Shown here piece after piece: positions 11,939 through 22,586 of a stretch of DNA of 64,000 nt. Below the pieces are notes generated by a model that saw nothing but the letters and a program-made list of their open reading frames with translations, did no database searches and was not told where the DNA came from. This stretch comes from Lama guanicoe (taxonomy: Eukaryota): the NCBI GenBank assembly GCA_013239625.1, contig MU054974.1, positions 930,001 to 994,000 of the forward strand, read 5' to 3'. The first letter of the stretch is position 1. Every line of letters begins with the position of its first letter. The translations under genes and the position numbers were made by a program.

Positions 11939-11965
11939 TCAGAAGGCGTCCTGGCCGCAGCTTTC
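11939..11965 (-). CDS. SEMA4D: SEMA4D alternative isoform terminal coding exon (ESCGQDAF*)
   Basis: - strand gttgttctttcag|GAA AGC TGC GGC CAG GAC GCC TTC TGA, phase 0. Resembles the recalled human isoform-2 end ESCSKDTL. Confidence 0.85.
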   Translation of the reverse strand, partial: ESCGQDAF

Positions 11966-12280
11966 CTGAAAGAACAACGTGGTCTTTTAGGTCCTGGAGC
12001 ATCAGGCGGGCCCGAGTCCCTGTCCTGTGTGCTCCCCGTGGGGCCTAGGGTCTGAGCTCTGTCTGGGGTTAGGGTGGCCGTGGGGGCATCTTGCCAGAAC
12101 CAGCTGGTCCTGCCTGACTTGGGAAGTCCTGATTCCCCTCCCGGGATTGGCCCTGGGTGGGAGGGGTGCGGGTTTCAGAAAGCAGAAGTGCTCGATGGGC
12201 CTGGGGAGGCACCAGCAGGACGGGCCCCGAGATGGGTGGCCGTCCGGCCAGACCCCGCCCCCCCGGGCCCGGCCACGTAC

Positions 12281-12378
12281 CCACGCCTTCCTCCAGCTCT
12301 GCACCATGCGATCATGCTCCCCGACCACGGCCCTCCAGGCGGCGAGCTCTCTGGTCCACCTCTCTTGGTGGGTCGCCT
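12281..12378 (-). CDS. SEMA4D: SEMA4D alternative isoform exon C (Trp-rich helix)
   Basis: tcttgcag| ... TGG|gtacgt, 98 nt, phase 1 to 0. Encodes EATHQERWTRELAAWRAVVGEHDRMVQSWRKAW. Confidence 0.88.
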
Positions 12379-15229
12379 CTGCAAGACAGAGCAGGGCTCA
12401 GGTCTCAGTTCCGCTGGCCTTGGTGGCCCTCGGGTGCCCACCGTGCTGCACCTCTGCTGGGCTGAGCTGGGCCTTGGCAGCCGAGTGGGCTCAGGGAAGG
12501 TGTTTACCCCTCGGGCCTCGCCTTCCTGGCTGCGGGGGCTTCCACAGAGAGCCTCCTCCACCCAGCCTTTCCTGGGCCACCGGCACCCCGGGCGGCCGCT
12601 CCCCAGGGCCCCGCTGGCTCTATCCTCCGTATCTCAGGGGCGTTTCCATCCAGCCTGGAGGGGACTCGACTCACTTCCCACGCCTCGAGGGGCAATGCAG
12701 ACACCCTGGGGTTCGGGGTGGGCAGGGGCTGGGAGCTGAGGCCCGGAAAGCAGCTCGGTAACCAGGGCTAGCGTCTTGTTACATCACGTGCTGCTCGCTC
12801 CGCGCAGCGGCCGTGTGAGTCTGGTCCTGAGGTTTGAGGAGGAGCGACTGCAGGGCTGTCCGGTTGGCACCAGCCTGACGGCCACGTGCTCTCTTTGTAA
12901 ACACAGAAATGCGCGGCAGCGTCGCTTGGGACCGCAGCTCACGTCGCTGGTCTCAGAAATGGGTCCCAGGAACCTGAGCCCTTCAGACGGGAAGCAGGAC
13001 TCACACCCGGGGCAGAACTGAGCGGGCCCAGCGCTCATGGTACCCACACAGCCAGCCTTCAGCCTGCGCCGCCCCCCAGGGTGACAGCAGGGAGCTGGCG
13101 GGGCTCTGGAGCAGGGCCCTTGGTGGGCTGAGCTCCATGGGGCCCTGCAGGGGCTCCTGACTCAGGACGCGCAGGGCTGGGGCAGTCTGGGTCCCCGGAG
13201 GCTCGTTTTATTGTCTAACACGTCCTCCAGCACCGCCTGTGCCTTCGCAAACATGGTTGGAGGCGGGGGGGAGGATGGAAAATACTGAGGCGCCTTAACT
13301 GCTTGCGTCTTTTAGCCCCTTTCCTGGCTTCTGTGTCTCCTGTCTGCACGGTGCCTTGGGTGGACCCTTGCCTGCCATCAAGTCAAGCCCTGTGCTTGAG
13401 CGCCGGTGGGCTGCGTGACCTTGGGCGAGTCCCTTAACCTTCATCGTCAGTGCGTGGGGTTCAAGTTAGATGACAGTTTAGCTCAAACTGGCTCGTTACT
13501 TCTCTGGCTGTTACTACTTCGCTGTTTGCTGACAGCACCGTTCACTTGGCTTCTGGGTAAGACGTCACAATTTCTAAGTCTCACATGGGTATTCATTTTA
13601 TCCTGACAGCAACAGGCAAGGGCACTTTATAGAAATGAAAGAAATGGGGGTTCTGGGTGGGAGTAAGTATTTGAAATTTCCTTTTCTCTGAAACCCCCAC
13701 TTACAGGACAAGGGAGCTTTTAAAATGTGTACTTTGTGTATAAACTCTTGAAAATGGACAGAGGATAGGGGAGGAAGCAGTGGAAGCTGGAAGCTGAGAA
13801 GCGGGGGGGACCAGTGGAAACCGTAGCAGCAGAAGCAGCAGGCCCGGAAGGCAGAGCCCTGCCCGGCAGCGGGGGGCAGGTGGGGGGCCTCTCGGGGGCC
13901 CTTGGGAGCCCGGCGCTGCCTCAGCCTGGCGTGCCTGCTGCCCTGGGCGTGGGCTGCCGCCCGAGGCCCTGCACACGGCAGCTTCTCTGCTAGCGCGTCC
14001 GGGAATCACGAGGTGCCCCCGGAACGGGCTCCCAGGTCATCAGATGCTGCCCAAGACGACACCTGGGCTGGGAGGGGCATCCCGGGAGGGTGCCCTGTGC
14101 CCGTCTCTTAAATGTACCCGGGCAGTCGCTCCCGAGACTTATGAGCGAGACTAAGGCAAAACCACCAAAAAGGGGCAACTGGGAGGGAAAAGAAAACGGG
14201 GAAGTGCTCAGTGATCTCAGAGCAGAGCGGATGGCCACACGCAGGACAAGAGGAGGATGGGGTCCTGACAGAACAGAACGAAAACCCCTGCCTAGTGAAA
14301 ATGTGAGGCTGGGGTGGGGACTCACTACAGGGGGCGCAGCGGAGGGAGGGCAGCTAACGGGTGGACGGGCCGGGAGAGGAGACGGACGGGGGGCCAGCCC
14401 AGGAGCCCAGCACCCGGGAAGGTAGTTCCAGAAAGAGTAGCAAATGACGTAAGTGCGGCACGTCCGAGAGTTGCAGGCCGGGGGCTGTGAAACGCGGCGG
14501 GCCCCGCCCGAGAGGTCTGCGCCCGTGTGGGGCTCAGAGAGACAGTGGTCACGCGGGGTCACAGGCAGCCTCCGGGGCCGGAGGGCGGAGCCAGCCGCAC
14601 GCGCTGGGAGTATCTTCAGGCCAGAACTGTCTACGCGGCTGAAGATGGAGGAAAGACGTAGGCTCTCGGGACACGGACTCCCCCAGATGCTATGTCTGCG
14701 TATGGCCGGAGGCACCCCACGAAACAGCGGAGGAGGAAATCAAAAAAGGAAGGGACACCGGGAACTAGGTCACGAGATCCAGCGTCAGAGGAGCGGACTC
14801 TCCAGCCCCAGCGGGAAGGGCCAGTCCAAGGAGGACGAGCGTTTGGGGGGGGTGACAACGGGGACACCAGGGTGCCTGCAGGGGTCGGGCACTTAGCCGC
14901 AGAGCCCGGTGTGGAATTCCTGGTAACTGAGCAAGCGAGGCGGCACGGGGGTTCCCTACATGTGGAGGGATGGGTTCCAGGCTTCAGCCATCCCCGTGAT
15001 GTAACAGACTCTCCTCCTGTGGGGACGGGGGATTAGCAGCCGCTGTGCATGCATGCGTGTGCGTTCACACGTGTGTGCGTTCACAAGTGCATGTGCACCG
15101 GGGAGGCAGGCAGCGAGAAGCTAACTCATTCGTCTCAGCGAACACCAGCAGGTCATCCCTACTGAAGTGTCAGCGCGCGGGGCCGCTGCCAGAGATGGGG
15201 GGGAGGCACTGAGGTGGCGGGGGGCTCAC

Positions 15230-15439
15230 CGTGTCCCGTCACGGCGATGTGCACCCGGGAGGTCTGGCTCCCCGCCGCGGACAGCGCGGAGCAGCGGTAC
15301 TCGGCGCTCTCCCGGACGGCGTCCCGCAGCCAGCTGAGCACGAGGGCCCGGCCGTCGGGCAGTGCGTGGGTCTGCGTGGGGATGCACGCCTCCAGCACAC
15401 GCCCGTTCTTCTCCCAGAGGAAGTGGACGTCCGCGGGAC
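15230..15439 (-). CDS. SEMA4D: SEMA4D alternative isoform exon B (Ig-like domain strands C-G)
   Basis: gtgcccccag| ... CACG|gtgagc, 210 nt, phase 1-1. Encodes GPADVHFLWEKNGRVLEACIPTQTHALPDGRALVLSWLRDAVRESAEYRCSALSAAGSQTSRVHIAVTGH, with Ig WxxNG and YxC motifs. Confidence 0.92.
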
Positions 15440-18400
15440 CTGGGGGCACACAGACCATCTTCAGCCCCGGGACCCCCACCTAGGACCGAGGGGAGCCACC
15501 CTGGCATGGGGCGGGGGGCAGAGCCACCCAGATTAGGCGCCTCGTCCCAGCAGGGCCCAAAGTGACTGGGTGGGTGGCTTTCCGGTAAGTCTCTGTCCTT
15601 TCCCTGGAGGGGGCCTGGGAGGGGTTCCCCACTGTGGTCCCCGGTGGCCCTGGGAGAAAAGGGTGCGAACACCTCAGTGCCCTGTGCCCCACGGCTCCCT
15701 GCTCCTTGGCCTCACTTGGGCGCCTTTTTCAAAGCATACTTGCGTGGCCATGTCCCCAGGACGTGCCGGGCCCCTGGGCGCACCCTTTTCCTCCTCCCCA
15801 GGCTGTGCGCCCCGTGGAGTGCCTGGTGGCCGGGCTCTGGGGCAGAGGGTCTGGGCCAGGAGCTTAGCTGCCCACCTGGCCCTGCTGCCACCGCTTTGAG
15901 CCTAGAGCTCTGTCTGCACAGGGCCACTCGCTCTCCCTGGGGCACCAAGAGGCCAGGGCAAGCCTGCCCCGCTGGCCGGGTCACGTGGCCAGGGAGCAGG
16001 ACTGCCACCAGGAGCCCCAGGCTGGGCCGGGGGGCGGGCGCATGGCGCCAGGAAGGGCTGGCGGCCTGTCTTTTCCACATAAGGACTTGGAGGAGAACGG
16101 ACCCGAGGGAAGGGCCCGGCAGAAGCCCTCTCCCAAAGCACAGCGGGGTCCTGTGCCGGAGCCCCGCCCGGGCCCCATGTTCATCTCAGAGTGGCTGACA
16201 ATGGGGGCCGTGGAGCCCAGTGCACGGAGAGCCTGGAGCAGGACTGGGCTCTGGTCCCAAGGCCAGAAGTGGCCTCAGCGAGCACCTCCTTGGTGGGGCC
16301 CCTTCCCCAACCCTAGAGGGTGGCCAGGTGAGTCTGGGGTGTCAGGCTCCACGCCGGGTCCCCGGGCTGTGCTGAGACGGGCCCGACTCCCGTCCTGACT
16401 TAGGAGCGAACCAGGTGGGTCACCTCCACCTTGACCTGCTTACATACCGGCTTCCACTAAAGGGCTGAAGACAGGACCCAGCTGGCACCACTAGGCTCCT
16501 CCCTGGGGTGTGTGCAGACCCCCGGTGAGCTGAGCTAGGACCGAGCAAAGGCCGGGCTGGGCCCTAGGGCGGAGCAGCAGCCCGGCCAGCCCCGGACGCC
16601 CTGGGGTCAGAGCCAGGCACGAGGGGATGCAGGCCCTCCCCACTGTGTGCGCGGTGTGGGGCGCGCAGCCCCTCTGTGCCCGCTGCTCCCAGTCGCGGAC
16701 AGGGTGGTGCTGGGGCCAGGCCCTGACAGCCCACGCTGCTGCTCCCCCCACACCTGTGCGGGGCGGGCACCCCAACAGTGTGGACTGGGGGGCCCTCTGG
16801 CCGCCTTGCCCAGGGACCCAGCTCCCTGACAAACGCCCGCCGTTCCGAGTGGACTGCCCCACGCGGGGGGAGGCCGACCTCGACCAGAGCAGCCCTGCCT
16901 GATGGCCGCGTGCCTGAGACTCAGCTTTCAGGAGTAGACTCCACCCCAGCCGCCCGCCAGCCGGGGACTGACACACGACGGAGTTTCGTGCGGGATGGTC
17001 GGTGGACTCGATCTGTCCAGCTGGGGTTCACTGAGCAGGCAAAGCGAACGGTAGACGTGAAGGATTAAACAGCACAGAGAGCAGCTGGCGCCCGGGTGTG
17101 CGCGCGTCGGGGGGCACGTGCGGGCGGGGAGCTGGGTGAGGGGCCGGGTGGTGGGCAGAGGGGCTCTGCCACGTGCTGGGCTTTTTACAGGGGGGAGAGG
17201 CTTCTAGTTTAGATGACTTCTGGATTCCCAGCCGGTCAGGTCCCTGCGCGGCCAGTCTGGCACCGTTCATCTTTGCCTGGTCCCTTTGTCAGTGACCGAC
17301 CACGTTCAGGACCGGCAGAGAACCTTCCTCCCAAAGGAGAGTCAGACCCTTGAAGTGGACAATCCCAGGAATGGGTCCTGAGGCCACGAGCGAGACCCAC
17401 AGAGGAGCCACTGAAGTCGTTTGTTAGTGGGAAGTTGGGGAGCATCCCACAAGGGGTCCCCTGAATGATGTGGTGCCCCCCACCGCCTGGGTGCCTGTCA
17501 GTCGGGCAGAGGTATCTCCTCCCGTGAACTGCATGCACCTGGTGACACCGCGTGCTGTTCAGTCACTCCCTGGCCGATGGGCATCTCGGTGGCGTCTGAC
17601 TTTGAAAGCTGACACTCGTGAGGCGTGATTGGTCACGGACGTGAGACCTGTCTCTGAGCAGCCACTGAGGTCAGTTCTGGAAAGGCCCCGGCACCCCCCT
17701 TGTCCCCCGGCCCTGTCCAGGGGTGACGTGCACAGAGACCCACCCCCCAGGCTGGGGGGCCGCAGTCGCAGGAGCGTCTGGAAGGTTCTCCTGATCCTCG
17801 CCGGGACGAGACCCGGATGGCCTGAGCTGGGGAGGGCTCGTCGCCCCGAACCACACGGCCAGGACCCCTCAGGAGCAAAGCTCCTCAGACCCCCGGTTCC
17901 CAGGGTCTGCACCGCCATCACGAGGACCGTGTCAGGCACTGTTAAATGTGCCGTAAATGTGTATTTAACCGCAGTAAAACGTTAGAAATGTGAAAGTACT
18001 TACGTTCTGTTTCTTTTCTAAAACTATCCAACTCATTCTGAATGCAGAGGTTAGAGAGAGAGGGAAAGTGAAAGTTAAAACCGGTCAGCAGGGCTACCAC
18101 CCTGGACACTGGGGATCCCGGGCAGCAGGGGCCTGGGCCCATCCCTCGCAGCTGCCCCGGGCTGGCCTCTGCAGGGCGGGGCGGCTGGGGTCTCGGGGCC
18201 CAGCCCCCACCTTGGGACTCCATCCTGCCCCACCCACGGCCCCACACGGTCTGAGGAGACCCCCGGGGTGGGGTGTGACAAAACCAGAACCCCTCTGAGC
18301 AATGGCCTCTCCCCGAGGGAAGCCGACCCGTCCTAGGGGCAGAGGGCCTGACAGCCCGCAGCTGGAGGGGACCGATGGGGTGCACCCGAGCCCTCAGCCC

Positions 18401-19343
18401 ACATCCTGACCGGTGCCCCCGCTGCCGTCTGTGCAGCTCCAGGCAGGTGAGCCTTCCTCCAGGCACCCTCCTGCGTGTGGTCAATTCTGACTGACCCCAG
18501 AGCTGGCGGCCCCAGGGCCAGCCCCTCCCCCGCCCCATGCCCAGGGTCCTGCCAGCTACTCCAGTGCACCTCTGGGGGGCTGTTCTCTGAGCACCCGAGG
18601 CTGTAGGCACCAAGGATGCTCACTGCGGATCCCCGGGACCGGGCACTCCCCTGCGCGGCTGAGACCCCACAACCGTATGGGAATCAAGAGGGCCTGGCCG
18701 GCCCGGAGGGCAAGGGGTCTCCCAGGTCTGCCGCCCCGGTGCCATCGGCTCTCCCCCATGTCACCTCTCAGGCCCTCACTCAGGTGCTGGGGCCCCGTGG
18801 TCAGCTGAAGAGTCACCCCCAAATGTCCAAGTCCTCATCCCTAGGCCCTTGTGTGGCTAAAGGCGCTTCCAGACCACAGTGGGCAGTGCAGGGAGGTGAC
18901 CTGGTCCGCCCCGCCCCGACGCGGAGGGGTGTCCCGACTCCTCCTGGAAAACTCACAAGTCGGCTCTCCGCCGTGGCTCAGCCCTGGCCTCCCAGGGGTC
19001 CTGACGCGCACACTGGCAGCAGCGGTCACTGCAGGAGGCCCAGGTCTGCCCTCTGACTCCAGCCGCTCACAGAGCTCTGCTTTCTAACGTCTTGGTTAAG
19101 ACATGAGCGGCCATCCAGAACCTGAGCATCCAATACCACCTACGTGTAGGGGATCCACCCTCAGCTTTAAAGGTGACACAGGTCTCACCGCGACACGGAA
19201 GAGGGAGGGCCCTTAGAGACCGCACTTTGGTTAAGAAGTCACATACGTCTCTTTCTGCGCTACGTACGTGCGTGTGCAGACACATGACATGGGTGGCACG
19301 TCCGCGTGCACGGCCGCACCGTCCTTCATTGGCCGTTACCTGC

Positions 19344-20090
19344 CAGGCGCGCCACGCCCCCTTTCCCTGCGCTTTGCACGCCGCAGGTGCACTTTCTACA
19401 GATGGAAGGTTTGTGGCCACGCAGCGCCAGGCCAGTCTGCCAGCACCGTTTTCCAAACAGCGTCTCTTCACTTCCTGCCTCTATCACATTTTGATGATTC
19501 TTACAGTATTTCAGACTTTTTCATTATTGCGGTGACTGTGATTGGAGACCTTTGCTGTTAGCACTTCAGCCTGCTAAAAGCTCAGACGACGATCGGCATG
19601 TTTTAGTGGTGGTTTGGGTTTTTTTGGGGGGGGGATTGGGTTTATTTATTTATTTTTAATTTTTTTTTTTAGTGGAGGTACTGGGGATTGAACCCAGGAC
19701 CTTGTGCGTGCTAAACACGTGTTCTACCACTGAGCTACACCCTCCCTGCAAACATTCGGGGGTTTCTGTGTTAATTTTTTGCTGTTTTTGTTTGTTTTGG
19801 GGGGGTAATTGGGTTTATTTTTATTATTTTTTAAAATTTAACTGGAGGGACTGGGATCGAACCCATGACCTCCTGCACGCTAAGCACACACTACCACTGA
19901 GCTGTACCTTCGCCCCTTTAGTGGTATTTCCTAACTAAGGTACGTACCCTATGTTTTCAGATGTGACACTTGCACACGTCACAGACTGCAGCATAGCACG
20001 ACCTAACTTCCACGTGCACCGGGAAACCGGAGCGTCCGTGTGCCTCTCTGTTGTGCCTGGACCTGCACTCAGCACCTCCGAGGTCTGCTC
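19344..20090 (+). mobile_element. Internally deleted Tigger1-like (TcMar) DNA transposon interrupted by SINEs
   Basis: Recognisable Tigger1 5' part (acagatggaaggtttgtggc...cacattttg...tatttcagactttttcattatt) and 3' part (taaggtacgtac...tgcaccgggaaacc...ctccgaggtctgc), compared with the consensus from memory. Confidence 0.75.
19611..19916 (-). mobile_element. Head-to-tail pair of tRNA-derived SINEs
   Basis: Two units (about 19619-19746 and 19786-19916), each with an AGCTCAGTGGTAG A-box, a GGGTTCRATCCC B-box and an A-rich tail. Confidence 0.88.
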
Positions 20091-22051
20091 AGGACCCCTT
20101 TGCTCTGCTTGTCCTGACTCTCCACTGTGCACGTACGTCGCTCGCAAATGGAAGACAGCCAGCAGTCGGGACGGCCACTCCGGGGCCCGGAGTCCGTCCT
20201 CCCCGCGCGCAAGCCTCGGCGCCTGTGAACGGAAGCGTGGCCCCAAGGCGCGGTGCGCGGAGTGCTCTGGACCAAAAACACACACACACACACGTGCACA
20301 CAAGAACACAGGCATACCGGCGCACACAGGTACACACATGCGTGCAGTTATGTCAGCACACAAAGCGCACATGTACCCATGTTAACGGGGGTACATGCAG
20401 ACACAGAGGCGCGCGCGCACACGCTCCACCAGGAAGATCTGGAGATGGAGAAGCCCCTCGGGGTCCCTGCGCGCCGAGGCCAGGCCCGCTGTGAGACACT
20501 GGCCCGGCTTTAGCGCAGCCAGAGCTTGAGCCACCGTGACCGGTCCCATGAACCCAGCTCTACAGAGACACACAGGCCGAGCCACGCAGGGTAGACAGGG
20601 AGCAAGCCAGACAGGGAGGTGCCTGCAGGCAGAGGCAGGAACCAACCTCCTGCAGAGCCGCAGCCTGACCCGAAAGTTGACCTTCAGTTCTGGTGCCGTC
20701 CGGGGCTTGGGGGAGGGGACGGCCGGAGACGCCGCCTTGGTAAACACTGTGCCCCCCAACACCACGATGCACAGTGACCAGCACTGGCTGGTGGGCTGGG
20801 TTTAGGGGAGAGGGCAGCACCTGCCTAGATCCGGACGTGTCCCTGGGGACGGCCAACCCAGGGGCCTGCGGCAGGACGGGCCTGGGGCAGGGCCCGCATG
20901 GCGCCTCGGACAGAAGGGACGTGCTCTCGTCCCCTGTCCCTTGACAGCAGGTGGGAAGAGCATGTTTCCCGAGGGCAGGCGTGAAACCGCCCCATCGAGG
21001 GCTGGTCCCTGCGAGCCCGTCAGCGGGGTCCCCGAGGACCTGCGTCCACCAGTAAGGGGCCCTGGTGAACCCAGCACCGAGCCTCCCCGCCTTCCCAGTG
21101 CCAAGGAGGTCCCCAGGCGTGGCAGTGGAGGACGCTGCAGCCGCAGGACAGGCCTGGCGGGTGGAGCACATACCTCAGTGCCCGCCCTGAGGGCCTGAGG
21201 CGGCCCAGGTGACCCGGGGCCACACAGCCGCCCTCACACGTCTGTCTGCACACGTCCCACTCGCAGCACCTGCCCATCGCCTGGGGCCCATGCAGAGCCC
21301 AGGGGACGGAGGCCCATGAGCCGACTCCACAGGGGACACGCAGCGGCGTGACACTCGCGGCTCCTCCCAGCTTGCCCCAGAGCTCCCAGAGGGGAAGAGA
21401 CCTATCTGTTCTCCCTCCTCCTTGACCCCCTCCCCGCTCTGAGCAGAGGACGAGCCCCAGGCCTGGGACGGGCTGTGCGCTTTCTCTCGCAGCTACCGAC
21501 GAGCGAGAAGCCGGCACCCGGGGACCAGGGCCGCCCGCGCTGCCCAAAGCCCGGGACACATTCAGAACGCGGGTTTGGCCGCCGTCCCATCCCAGTGTAT
21601 CCAACACAGAGCAAACCCCCCGTGCCCGAGGGGGCAGGCTAGACTCTCGGTCTTTTCTGTGTTTAAACATCCTGAAACAAGTCATTCAAACAATTCCCAC
21701 TTGGCTGGCTCTGGAGTTAGTTTTTGAAATCTCCAGATGCACACAGACCCACACACATCAAACCCAAACGGTCGGCCGACACAGAAGCGCCCCCCGGGCC
21801 GGCCGCGGCCCGGCAGCTGGTGCTGGCGGACAGTCTAAGGCACACGGCCGCGCCCGTGTTCACGTCACGAGGGGAGAGCTGAGTAATTGCAACGAAACTA
21901 CGTTCCCTGGAGCCTCAGAGGAAAACGCTGGTTGGGCCCTGCCGCCCCCAGCCCCAGCCTCGGGCTGACGGTTCAGTGTCGCCGGGGGCGCCCGCACTCG
22001 TGGAGGGCGCGCCCACCCCCACCCCCCGCCCCGCACAAGTGCCCCGCTCAC

Positions 22052-22261
22052 CTGTGGCCTGGCAGAAGAGGTGGAAGGTCCCCAGGGCGTGCACGTGCTG
22101 GGCCTGGTCGCTGAGGAAGGGCGGCAGCAAGGTGACCCGCGGGCGGCTGTCGGGCCCCGCGCCCGAGGCCGGCCAGGGGCTTCGGGGAGAGGAAGGTGAG
22201 TCGGGGCCCAGACAGGACAGGGAAGAGGACCCCGGAGGGGGGAAGGGCAGAGGAGATGAGG
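22052..22261 (-). CDS. SEMA4D: SEMA4D alternative isoform exon A (Pro/Ser linker plus Ig strands A-B)
   Basis: Long polypyrimidine tract ending ctctgtctcgcag| ... ACAG|gtgagc, 210 nt, phase 1-1. Encodes ASSPLPFPPPGSSSLSCLGP...RVTLLPPFLSDQAQHVHALGTFHLFCQAT. Confidence 0.9.
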
Positions 22262-22438
22262 CTGCGAGACAGAGGACAGAAAAGAGAGAGGGCTCTGAGA
22301 GGGGCGTCGTCAGGGACACACCGCACGCCGGGGGCGGGGGGGCGGAGCACAGGAGAGAAAGGGGCCCCTGTCCAGGCCGCGCGGCGGGGCGGGGAGCCAC
22401 AGCAAGCCACAGGCCGCGCCAAGGATGTAAGCGTCTCG

Positions 22439-22586
22439 TTTATTTGGTTACTTTCCAAATGTATACAATTCAAAGTAGAAAAATAAAAACAAAGTAAATC
22501 TTACAAAACACAAATGTTTACACCAAAACGGTCGAATCCATCATGCTGGAAGATGACACTGTCCACACACACACACTCAGTTTATT
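22439..22586 (-). terminator. SEMA4D: Tandem AATAAA poly(A) signals of canonical SEMA4D mRNA (22581-22586 and 22439-22444)
   Basis: Two TTTATT on + about 1.13 and 1.27 kb downstream of the stop, flanking a tract that is U-rich on the - strand. Confidence 0.7.

Noticed and set aside
11117-12055. 312-aa His/Thr-rich ORF
   Set aside because: Translation of the (CA)n VNTR and the antisense of a 3'UTR.
19672-19746. tRNA-like sequence (also near 2320-2394, 19850-19916 and 44030-44104)
   Set aside because: Multiple diverged copies with A-rich tails: tRNA-derived SINEs, not tRNA genes.
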